From Clostridia bacterium (GTDB taxonomy: Bacteria; Bacillota; Clostridia; Christensenellales; UBA1242), in the NCBI GenBank assembly GCA_045650505.1, contig JAZRRE010000030.1:6966-70965 (forward strand): a stretch of 64,000 nucleotides of DNA, in the 5' to 3' direction. The position numbers and the translations under genes are program-made. Position 1 is the stretch's first letter. Each line of letters starts with the position of its first letter. Below are positions 16,141 through 24,894 of the stretch, piece after piece. Under the pieces are notes generated by a model. It was not told the DNA's origin. It ran no database searches and saw nothing but the letters and a program-made list of their open reading frames with translations.

Positions 16141-19096
16141 CTAAAACACCCTTTAAACTTCTTAATCTAATTTTAACAGCACCAAGGTTTGTGATTTCAT
16201 CAATCTTGATTTGTGTGTAAAGTTTATTATCATTTTCCATAATGCTTCTCATTTCATCTGAAGTGATAGCATCAATGCCACAGCCAAATGAAACAAGTTG
16301 AACAAGTTCAACACCATCATTTTCTGAAGCAAACTTTGCAGCATTATACATTCTTGCGTGGAATGTCCATTGGTTTAAAACATTCAAACTCTTTGCTTGT
16401 GCAAGGTTTGAAACGCTGTCTTCTGAAAGCACAACAAAGCCTAAACTTGTGACAAGTTTGTCAATACCGTGACTAATTTCTGGGTCAATATGGTAAGGAC
16501 GACCAGCCAAGATAAGTGCATATCTGCCGGTTTCTTTTGCAAACTCAAGTGCTTTCTTTCCTTCATATCTAATATCAAATTTCCACTTTTCATACTCAAT
16601 TTGTGCAGTTTTGATTGCTTTCTTTAATTGTTTCTTATCAATTTTTGCAAGTTTTGAAAGTGACTTATAAAGCCCCTTTTCAAGTTCTTTTGAGTTATTA
16701 ATATTAAGATAAGGATATAAAAATTCAACGGCTTTAAGTTCATCTAAATTGGTTCTTAAAAGCTCTGAATAATATGCAACAACAGGACAGTTATAGTTGT
16801 TATCACCAATTTTTTCATCAACATTATAAGTCAAACTTGGATAGAAGATTGCATCAACTTTTCTCTCAAGAAGCTCAATAATGTGACCGTGCATAACCTT
16901 TGCAGGATAGCAAACAGTGTCTGATGGAATTGTGTATTGACCTTTTGCGTAAAGTTTTTTGGTTGTGAAACCAGAAAGTTCTGTGTTGAAACCAAGTTCT
17001 TCGAAAAGAGTTTTCCAGAACACTGCAAGTTCATACATTCCAAGACTCATTGGAATACCGATTGTTTTTCTGCCTTCAACTCTTTCAGTTTTAAAGAGTG
17101 CTTCAAACTTATCTCTCTTATATTTAAACATATTAGGAATTTGAAGCATATCAGCATGGCTTTCACCAAGGCTTGCACCCTTTTCACATTGGTTGCCTGA
17201 AATGAATCTGTTTCCATCGTTAAATAAGTTGATTGTCAAGTTGCAGTGGTTTCCACAACCGTTGCAACGAACCATTTTTGATGTGTGAGTGAATCGTTTA
17301 AGGTCATCATAAGAAATGATTGCTGATTTTTCAATGCCTAAATTTTTAGCACGAAGTGCACAACCAAACGCACCCATAAGACCAGAAATAACAGGTCTAA
17401 TAACATTTCTTCCAAGTTCTCTTTCAAATGCACGAAGCACAGAATCGTTAAGGAAAGTTCCGCCTTGAACGATAATATTTTTTCCAAGTGCAGAAGCAGA
17501 TGCTTCACGAATAACTTTATAAATTGCGTTCTTCACAACCGAAATTGAAAGCCCTGCAGAAATATCACCAACATCTGCGCCATCTTTTTGCGCTTGTTTA
17601 ACTGATGAGTTCATAAACACGGTGCAACGTGAGCCAAGGTCAACCGGTTTTTTTGCAAAAATGCCAAGTGTTGAAAATTCTTTAATATCATAGCCAAGTG
17701 ATTTTGCAAATGTTTCAATAAACGAACCACAACCAGATGAGCAAGCCTCATTAAGGTTAATGCTGTCGATTGAATTTTTGCGAATCTTGAAGCATTTAAT
17801 ATCTTGACCACCAATGTCTAAAATATAGTCAACATTAGGGTTGAAATGTTTTGCAGCAGTGTAATGTGCAAGAGTTTCAACAAAGCCTTCATCAACAGAA
17901 AATGCTTTCTTGATAAGTTCTTCACCGTAACCTGTTACCACACTTCCAGCAATTTGAATTTTGTCTTCAAGAATTGAATAAATTGTTTCAAGTTGCTCTT
18001 TGATAATTTCAACAGGGTTGCCCTTGTTTGAACTGTAATATGAATATAAAATCTTGTCATCTTCACTTAAAAGCACAAGTTTTGTGGTTGTGCTTCCACA
18101 GTCAATTCCAAGATATGCCTTGCCCTTATATGACTTAACATCAATCTCTTCAACTGTTGCTTTTGAGTGGCGAATACAAAATTCTTCATACTCTTTTTCA
18201 GTTTCGAAAAGTGGCTCAAGTGTGTTTGTCACCTTTTTTGAAGTGTCAATTGATTTAACTTTTTCAATAAGTTCTTGAATTTTATAATGACTTCTTTGTT
18301 TTGAAGCAAAAATTGCTGAACCAATCGCAACCGAAACAGGAGCGTATTCTGGGAAGATTGCGTGTTCATCATCAAGATTTAAAGTTTCTTTAAATTGTCT
18401 GCGAAGACCTTTCAAAAAGTGAAGCGGTCCACCAAGGAACATAACTTTGCCTTCAATCTTTCTGCCTTGTGCAAGCCCAGAAATTGTTTGGTTAACAATA
18501 GCTTGATAAATGCTGGCTGCAATATCTTCTTTTCTTGCACCTTGGTTTAAAAGTGGTTGAATGTCAGTTTTTGCAAACACACCACATCTTGAAGCGATTG
18601 GATAAATCTTTTCACTTTTCAAACTTAACTCATCAAGCTCTGCTGTGTTAACATTCATAAGTGTTGACATTTGGTCGATAAAAGCACCTGTGCCACCTGC
18701 ACAAGTTCCGTTCATTCTTTCATCTGTTCCGTTATCAAAGAAGATAACCTTTGCATCTTCACCACCAAGTTCAACAACTGCGTTTGTATCTTTTTCAAGT
18801 GTTTTCACAAGTTCGCTGGTTGCAAAAACTTCTTGAACAAAAGGAAGCCCAAGTTCATTTGCAACACCAAGACCTGATGAACCAGAAAATGAAATGTAAA
18901 CATCATCATCTTCAATAAGTGGTTTAATTTTTTTGAGTTCTTCAAGCACCTTTGCCTTAATCATTGAAAGGTGTCTGTTATAACTGTGATAGATAAGTTC
19001 ATTATCTTTAAACAAGGCAAGTTTAACTGTTGTTGAGCCAACATCAATGCCAAGATAAGTTCCTGAATTTTTAAAAATTTGTTTGTTTAAGTTCAT
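16115..19096 (-). CDS. CoA-substrate-specific enzyme activase-related protein (two BcrAD/BadFG ATPase domains plus dehydratase-like C-terminal region)
   Basis: Two copies of the acetate/sugar-kinase-type start (LGIDVGSTTVKLAL and LGIDCGSTTTKLVL). Cys-rich CNGCGNHC, and later SDTVCYPAK. Confidence 0.75.
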   Translation of the reverse strand: MNLNKQIFKNSGTYLGIDVGSTTVKLALFKDNELIYHSYNRHLSMIKAKVLEELKKIKPLIEDDDVYISFSGSSGLGVANELGLPFVQEVFATSELVKTLEKDTNAVVELGGEDAKVIFFDNGTDERMNGTCAGGTGAFIDQMSTLMNVNTAELDELSLKSEKIYPIASRCGVFAKTDIQPLLNQGARKEDIAASIYQAIVNQTISGLAQGRKIEGKVMFLGGPLHFLKGLRRQFKETLNLDDEHAIFPEYAPVSVAIGSAIFASKQRSHYKIQELIEKVKSIDTSKKVTNTLEPLFETEKEYEEFCIRHSKATVEEIDVKSYKGKAYLGIDCGSTTTKLVLLSEDDKILYSYYSSNKGNPVEIIKEQLETIYSILEDKIQIAGSVVTGYGEELIKKAFSVDEGFVETLAHYTAAKHFNPNVDYILDIGGQDIKCFKIRKNSIDSINLNEACSSGCGSFIETFAKSLGYDIKEFSTLGIFAKKPVDLGSRCTVFMNSSVKQAQKDGADVGDISAGLSISVVKNAIYKVIREASASALGKNIIVQGGTFLNDSVLRAFERELGRNVIRPVISGLMGAFGCALRAKNLGIEKSAIISYDDLKRFTHTSKMVRCNGCGNHCNLTINLFNDGNRFISGNQCEKGASLGESHADMLQIPNMFKYKRDKFEALFKTERVEGRKTIGIPMSLGMYELAVFWKTLFEELGFNTELSGFTTKKLYAKGQYTIPSDTVCYPAKVMHGHIIELLERKVDAIFYPSLTYNVDEKIGDNNYNCPVVAYYSELLRTNLDELKAVEFLYPYLNINNSKELEKGLYKSLSKLAKIDKKQLKKAIKTAQIEYEKWKFDIRYEGKKALEFAKETGRYALILAGRPYHIDPEISHGIDKLVTSLGFVVLSEDSVSNLAQAKSLNVLNQWTFHARMYNAAKFASENDGVELVQLVSFGCGIDAITSDEMRSIMENDNKLYTQIKIDEITNLGAVKIRLRSLKGVLDERKKNEL

Positions 19097-19188
19097 TAGT
19101 AATTTTCCTATTTTTTAGATTTTTTCCTAACTATAATTATATATGATTTATGAATTTTTAGCAATAAATAAATATGTTTATTTTTAGT

Positions 19189-19217
19189 TTGAAATTTTTT
19201 GTGCAGTTTGCTATCAT
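19189..19217 (+). promoter_or_regulatory. sigma-A type promoter placing +1 on the ispH ATG (leaderless geometry)
   Basis: TTGAAA (19189-19194), 17 nt, TATCAT (19212-19217), 6 nt, ATG (19224). No SD. Confidence 0.55.
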
Positions 19218-19223
19218 AATGTT

Positions 19224-20114
19224 ATGGAAAATATCAAAATTGCAAAAATTTGTGGGCTTTGTGCTGGTTGCACAAGAGCAATAAACACAGCCGAAGAAGA
19301 ATTGAATCAAGGCAAAAAAGTCACCATTTTTAAAGAGATTGTTCACAATAAAAATGTAAACCAATCTTTAATTTCAAAAGGTGCTGTTTTTGCTGAAAGT
19401 TTAGAAGATTTAAAAAACGCCGAAACAGTCATTATTCGTGCACACGGCGAACCTCCTGAAACTTATGACTTTTTAAATGCAAACAACATTTCTTTTAAAG
19501 ACTGCACCTGCCCAAGAGTTGAAAAAATTCACGAAGAAGTGAAAAAATATGCTGACAATGGCTATTTCATTATCATTCTTGGCAAATTTCATAAAGCCCT
19601 TCACCCTGAAGTTTTAGGCACTTTGGGTTATGCAAATGGCAGAGCCATTCTTGTTGAAAATGAAGATGACTTTGCAAGAGTTGAAACTCTTAAGAACGAA
19701 AAAGTTTACCTTGTTTGCCAAACCACTTTTAACCAGAAAAAGGCAGATGAACTTATTGAAATTATCGAAATGATACTTTCAAAAAACAACTGTCACCTTG
19801 TGGTTAACAAATCAATTTGTGACGCTCAAAAGTTCATCAACCTTTCATCTGCAGAACTTGCAAGACAAGTTGACACAATGATTGTTGTTGGTGGCAAAAA
19901 TTCAAGCAACTCTCTTGAACTTTATAAAAATATGTCTTCAATCTGCCCAAGCATTTTCATTGAAGATATCAATAGTTACAAAGAAGCACTTGCTGAAAAT
20001 GGAATCTCTCTTTCAAAAGATTTAAAAATTGGCATCACTGCCGGCGCTTCAACAAACAAAGCTGAACTTGAAGAATTAAAACAACTTATCAAAAAAGATT
20101 TAGAGGAAATTTAA
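19224..20114 (+). CDS. ispH: 4-hydroxy-3-methylbut-2-enyl diphosphate reductase
   Basis: CGLCAGCTRAI, IVHNKNV, RAHGEPP, DCTCPRVEKIH and IVVGGKNSSNS motifs. Confidence 0.9.
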   Translation: MENIKIAKICGLCAGCTRAINTAEEELNQGKKVTIFKEIVHNKNVNQSLISKGAVFAESLEDLKNAETVIIRAHGEPPETYDFLNANNISFKDCTCPRVEKIHEEVKKYADNGYFIIILGKFHKALHPEVLGTLGYANGRAILVENEDDFARVETLKNEKVYLVCQTTFNQKKADELIEIIEMILSKNNCHLVVNKSICDAQKFINLSSAELARQVDTMIVVGGKNSSNSLELYKNMSSICPSIFIEDINSYKEALAENGISLSKDLKIGITAGASTNKAELEELKQLIKKDLEEI

Positions 20115-20115
20115 A

Positions 20116-20727
20116 ATGAACATAAAAATCAATACTCACAGTTCAATTCAAATTGATGATATTGCCTTTGACCCTTATGGCATAACAGAGCCAACATTCA
20201 CGGCAAAATATGTGTGCATAACACACACCCACTTCGACCACCTTGACATAGATTCAATCAAAAACCTTTCAAATGAAAACACAATCATTGTTGCACCTCT
20301 TGACGCAAAAGAAACACTCACGCAAAACTTTTCAAACAAAATTGTTTATGTTAAACCAAACGAAGTTTTGAATTTTGAAGACTTTACTCTTGAAACTTTT
20401 GCATCTTATAACATAAACAAACAATTCCACCCAAAAACAAATAATTGGGTTGGCTATAAACTTGTGAAAAACAACAAAACTTATGTGGTTGCTGGCGACA
20501 CCGATGTAACCCCTGAACTTGAAAATCTTTCAAACATCGATGTGTTATTACTTCCAATCGGTGGAACATACACAATGACAGCAACTGAAGCAGCAGAACT
20601 TGCAAACAAAGTAAAGCCTGCCCTTGTGATTCCTATGCACTATGGCTCTGTGGTTGGTTCAAAAGATAATGAAACAGAATTTATCAACCACTTAAACGCC
20701 GACATCAATTATGAAATTCTATTATAA
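20116..20727 (+). CDS. MBL-fold metallo-hydrolase
   Basis: ITHTHFDHLD (HxHxDH) motif. Translationally coupled to ispH. Confidence 0.7.
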   Translation: MNIKINTHSSIQIDDIAFDPYGITEPTFTAKYVCITHTHFDHLDIDSIKNLSNENTIIVAPLDAKETLTQNFSNKIVYVKPNEVLNFEDFTLETFASYNINKQFHPKTNNWVGYKLVKNNKTYVVAGDTDVTPELENLSNIDVLLLPIGGTYTMTATEAAELANKVKPALVIPMHYGSVVGSKDNETEFINHLNADINYEILL

Positions 20728-20737
20728 TTTAAAGCAC

Positions 20738-20770
20738 AAAAAAAGATATGCAAAACTGCATATCTTTTTA
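20738..20770. terminator. bidirectional intrinsic terminator
   Basis: A-run, stem AGATATGCA/TGCATATCT (20744-20765), T-run. Confidence 0.75.
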
Positions 20771-20772
20771 TT

Positions 20773-21777
20773 TTATTCTCTGCTCATAAGTTGTTCGGCT
20801 GAAAAATCATTCTTGATTCCTTCAAGTTCTTTCATAAGTTCTTCAAGTGGCATTTTTAAAACAAACTTTTTAGACTTTTTGTTATCAAGCCCATTGTCAA
20901 CCGCTCTTGAAAGTGCCCACGCAATCATTTGCGAAACGCAATCTGCATTCGGTTCATACTTTGCATTCCACGAACCATCTCTGCCAAGAATCGCAAGGCT
21001 GTGTTCATCACCTTGAACATTGTTTCTTAATTTTGAAGAATAAATATGAATAGCATCAAAAATTGCTTCAGATGTTGCAACACCAGACAAAAGTGGGTCA
21101 CCATATTTTTCATATTTCACTGCAACACCATTTAAATCATTATCTAAACACACATTTGTTTCATTGTTTTTCCACGCACTGTTGAGCATTTCATCTTGCT
21201 TTGTGTCAACAAAAAGTGCAGGAATCAACGAACTGAATGTAAGAGGTGCAAAAGACACTTCAAAAGTTGTCTGCATTAAAATGTCGCACTCTTCTCTAGA
21301 ATAGCCAAGCACTTTAAGTTCTTTATAAAACGCACGCATAATTTTATCAACTTCAAGATGACCTCTGCAAAAAGTGAAAAATGTAACCTGCGAAAGTCTT
21401 CTGCACGCTTCATTAAGTGGCACAAGTTCATCATTTTCATCTTGAAGCAATTTGATTAAAAACTTGTCAACAAAGTTGTTGGTATCTTCTTTTTCAAACT
21501 TGCCTTTTGCTGGATTGTCTGTTGTTGGGTAAACTGCACCAATGATATCAACATAGTCATAAACCTTGTTCATTGCACCCTTTTGAAACAAAAGTTGCAA
21601 ATAATTTTCAACAAACTTGCAAACACCATTTGCAGAATTTTCAACAACAGTTCCGTTTCCACCAATGCAAACAATCACCGGTTTATCTGGCACATATTTA
21701 TCTAAATTAAGCCTTTGCCAATGATTAACTTTATCTAAATTTCTCTTTCCCCAACTTGCTTCATTTCTATAAGCCAT
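20773..21777 (-). CDS. hypothetical protein
   Basis: 334-aa ORF with its own TATAAT box, SD (AAAGGGAG) and terminators on both sides. I recognise no family. Confidence 0.5.
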   Translation of the reverse strand: MAYRNEASWGKRNLDKVNHWQRLNLDKYVPDKPVIVCIGGNGTVVENSANGVCKFVENYLQLLFQKGAMNKVYDYVDIIGAVYPTTDNPAKGKFEKEDTNNFVDKFLIKLLQDENDELVPLNEACRRLSQVTFFTFCRGHLEVDKIMRAFYKELKVLGYSREECDILMQTTFEVSFAPLTFSSLIPALFVDTKQDEMLNSAWKNNETNVCLDNDLNGVAVKYEKYGDPLLSGVATSEAIFDAIHIYSSKLRNNVQGDEHSLAILGRDGSWNAKYEPNADCVSQMIAWALSRAVDNGLDNKKSKKFVLKMPLEELMKELEGIKNDFSAEQLMSRE

Positions 21778-21883
21778 ACTTCGCCTTTACTCCCTTTAAC
21801 ATTCACATTATAACACACAAAAAGTTACTTTTCAATAACTTTTTTAAAATATTTTTCTACACATTTAAGTTTATTTTCTGCAA

Positions 21884-21912
21884 CAAAAAAGTGGTGCTTA
21901 TCGCACCACTAA
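21884..21912 (-). terminator. intrinsic terminator
   Basis: Stem AGTGGTGC/GCACCACT (21890-21910). U-run on the minus strand (A-run 21884-21890 on plus). Confidence 0.7.
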
Positions 21913-21916
21913 AATT

Positions 21917-22951
21917 TTACATACAATAATAGCAAATTGCTGCAACAACTGCTGCAACTCCTAAAAACTTAACAAGTTTTTTGAAGAAGCTCCAAACAGT
22001 TCTTGGAGGTTTTCCAACAACTTTTCCGGTTGTTCCACTGATATAAGTTTTATAGGTTTTTCCACGATATTCATAAGTGTTCACATAAACAGGAACATAA
22101 GCAAAGTTAAAGAACACATCACCAACTTCAGCATCAACGGTGAGGTCTGAAACATCTTTGTGTCTTTTTAAAGCATATTTTTTTGTTTCAATAATCATTT
22201 CTGATTTTGCGTGCTCTGTGAAATTATAATAATGTTCGTGAATGTCTTTATCAATTGCATCAACTCTATAACCATAAGTATATTCAGGAAAATATGGCAC
22301 AAGCCCAGCATAATCATCTTCATCAAAAAGGTCTAAAAGAATATTCTTTTCATTAGAGCAAGCAAGCATATCATAAGAAGGCACTCTTTTATTCTTTTCA
22401 CCAAAAACAGGTTTTGTGATGTTATAAAATGAACCTGAAAAATCTTTCTTTATATCATTTGAATTTGCTGAATAAACTGAACTTACTGAATAAGTAAAAT
22501 TCCAAACAGGAACAAACACACCCATAAGTTTTTGATTTTGTGCGTGCTTTTTAAGCCCTGCTGGATAATCATGTTGTGTTTTCAAATATTTCGCAAATGC
22601 TTTTGCAGCTTCATCTTTGCTAATTTTAAATGGCAAAATTGCATCTGCACAATATCCATTATCTTCAACTTTTTCACAGTGGTTGTTTCCGCAATTTGGG
22701 CAACGCTTGGTTTTTTCTTCACTAGACATATAATAAACATTTCCACAGCCACCACACTTATAAGCAGAAAGTGCTTGATTTAGCTGATTTGGGTGAAATG
22801 CAGCGCTATATTGCCTAACCATAACGGCATCATCAGATTTTTTTGGCAAGAAATAATTTGTCTCACAATATTTACATGTAAGACAACCTTCCTTTGGGTT
22901 ATACCAAAGTTCACTACCACAATTTTTACATTTTGAAGCTATTGTATCCAT
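21917..22951 (-). CDS. zinc-ribbon protein with C-terminal membrane anchor
   Basis: Three CxxC...CxxC pairs (CKNCG..CKYC, CGGCG, CPNCG). C-terminal hydrophobic LVKFLGVAAVVAAICYYCM. Confidence 0.55.
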   Translation of the reverse strand: MDTIASKCKNCGSELWYNPKEGCLTCKYCETNYFLPKKSDDAVMVRQYSAAFHPNQLNQALSAYKCGGCGNVYYMSSEEKTKRCPNCGNNHCEKVEDNGYCADAILPFKISKDEAAKAFAKYLKTQHDYPAGLKKHAQNQKLMGVFVPVWNFTYSVSSVYSANSNDIKKDFSGSFYNITKPVFGEKNKRVPSYDMLACSNEKNILLDLFDEDDYAGLVPYFPEYTYGYRVDAIDKDIHEHYYNFTEHAKSEMIIETKKYALKRHKDVSDLTVDAEVGDVFFNFAYVPVYVNTYEYRGKTYKTYISGTTGKVVGKPPRTVWSFFKKLVKFLGVAAVVAAICYYCM

Positions 22952-22957
22952 AAATAC

Positions 22958-22986
22958 ATTTTATAATTTTTGTACATTTTATGCAA
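22958..22986 (-). promoter_or_regulatory. sigma-A type promoter placing +1 on the ATG (leaderless geometry)
   Basis: TTGCAT (22986-22981), 17 nt, TAAAAT (22963-22958), 6 nt, ATG (22951). No SD. Confidence 0.5.
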
Positions 22987-23020
22987 CAAAAAATACACTA
23001 AAAATAATAAATAATAAAAA

Positions 23021-23048
23021 TAAAAACCCTGCAATAAATATTGCAGAG
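23021..23048 (-). terminator. intrinsic terminator after the ABC exporter pair
   Basis: Stem CTGCAAT/ATTGCAG (23029-23046) preceded on plus by an A-run. Confidence 0.6.
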
Positions 23049-23058
23049 TTTTATATGC

Positions 23059-24894
23059 TTATGAAATAAGGTCTGTGCCTTCAAGTGAAAACTGACTGTT
23101 ATAAAGTTCGGCATAAAAACCCTTCTTTTTGATAAGTTCTTTATGGTTGCCTTGTTCAATAACATCACCATCTTTAAGCACTAAAATCAAATCAGCATTC
23201 TTGATTGTTGAAAGACGATGCGCAATAACAAAACTTGTTTTTTCTTCAGTGAGTTTATCCATTGCTTTTTGAATAAGTTCTTCTGTTCTTGTGTCAACAT
23301 TACTTGTTGCCTCATCTAAAATAAGCATTGGTGTGTTTTGAATCATTGCCCTTGCAATGGTTAAGAGTTGTTTTTGACCAACTGAAACATTGGTTTCATC
23401 TGAAAGCACTGTGTCGAATCCGTTTGGAAGGGTTTTGATAAAGTGGTCAAGACCACAGGCTTTTGTTGCTTCTTCAAGCATTTCATCAGTAATTCCTTCT
23501 TTGTTATAGATAAGGTTTTCACGAATTGTGCCTTCAAAAAGCCAAGTGTCTTGAAGCACCATCGAAAAGATTTCACGAAGTTGAGTTCTTGTCATCTTTT
23601 TGATTGAAATTCCATCAATTTTAACATCACCTTTATCCATTTCATAAAAACGCATTAAAAGGTTAACAATGGTGGTTTTTCCAGCGCCTGTTGGTCCAAC
23701 AATAGCAACCTTTTGCCCAGCCTTGATGCTAGCTGATAAGTCATTGATAATAACCCTGCCCTCATCATAACTAAACTGAACATTTTTGATTTCAACATCA
23801 CCTTTAATTGTTTCAGGAATCTTCACATTTTTTTGAGATTCATCTTCAATTTCTGGCTCTTCCAAAAGGTCAAAAACTCTTTCACTTGCAGCAGCAGATT
23901 GTTGCAAACTTGTCATCGCTTGTGCAATTTGTGTGAGCGGTCTTGTGAATAATCTAATATAAATCATAAAGGCTGTAATAACACCAAAAGTAATCTTGCC
24001 TTTAATAAAGAGCATTGAACCAATCACACACACAATAACATATCCAAGGTTTCCAATAAAACCCATTATTGGGTGCATAGTTCCAGAAGTGAATTGTGCT
24101 CTCCAACCACTTTGATAAAGTTTTCCATTTGCCTTTTCAAACTTTTCTTTAAATTCATCTTTTGCATTATATGTTTTAATCACAGTTTGACCAGCATAAC
24201 TTTCTTCAATAATACCATTGAGTTCACCAAGTCTATTTTGTTGTTCAACAAAATATTTTTGTGACTTTTTCATAATAAAAGACATAAGTGCAAAGCCAAC
24301 AATTGTTGAACATAAAGCAGCAAGTGCCATAATCCAATTTGTAACAAGCATCATAATAAATGAGCCTGCACACATAACAATCGCACTAACAAGAGTTGGC
24401 AAGCTGTTGAGCAGTGTATCACCAACAAGGTCAACATCGTTTGAAACGGTGCTTAAAACATTTCCATAAGGTGTTCTATCAAGTTTTTTAAGTGGAAGTC
24501 TGTTGATTTTGCCAGAAATTTCACTACGAAGTTTTTGACTAGTTTTAAAGCAGGCTCTTGCAATCAAAATATTTGCAATATATGTAAACAAAGAGCCCAA
24601 AACATAAAGAATGATTAAAAGTTTTGCAATATCCCAAATTTGCGACATTTCAAAACTTTGACCCGCTCCAATCATCTCACCAGAACCTCCAAAAATTGGA
24701 AGTGCTTTTTGCAAAATGTCTGTAATTTTTGAAATTTGATTTGGTCCAACAATAACAAACACTGTGTTGAGAGCAAAAAGCAAAAGTGAAATAATGATTG
24801 CTGGAGCATACGATTTTAGATATTTAGCAAGTCTTAAAAGAGACTTTTTTATATTAACTTTCTTTGAAGAATATTGTGGCATTGGTTTAGGCAT
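23059..24894 (-). CDS. ABC exporter, fused permease/ATPase subunit (heterodimer partner 2)
   Basis: 6-TM N-half. GPTGAGKTT Walker A, VSVGQKQLL signature, LILDEATS Walker B. Confidence 0.9.
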   Translation of the reverse strand: MPKPMPQYSSKKVNIKKSLLRLAKYLKSYAPAIIISLLLFALNTVFVIVGPNQISKITDILQKALPIFGGSGEMIGAGQSFEMSQIWDIAKLLIILYVLGSLFTYIANILIARACFKTSQKLRSEISGKINRLPLKKLDRTPYGNVLSTVSNDVDLVGDTLLNSLPTLVSAIVMCAGSFIMMLVTNWIMALAALCSTIVGFALMSFIMKKSQKYFVEQQNRLGELNGIIEESYAGQTVIKTYNAKDEFKEKFEKANGKLYQSGWRAQFTSGTMHPIMGFIGNLGYVIVCVIGSMLFIKGKITFGVITAFMIYIRLFTRPLTQIAQAMTSLQQSAAASERVFDLLEEPEIEDESQKNVKIPETIKGDVEIKNVQFSYDEGRVIINDLSASIKAGQKVAIVGPTGAGKTTIVNLLMRFYEMDKGDVKIDGISIKKMTRTQLREIFSMVLQDTWLFEGTIRENLIYNKEGITDEMLEEATKACGLDHFIKTLPNGFDTVLSDETNVSVGQKQLLTIARAMIQNTPMLILDEATSNVDTRTEELIQKAMDKLTEEKTSFVIAHRLSTIKNADLILVLKDGDVIEQGNHKELIKKKGFYAELYNSQFSLEGTDLIS

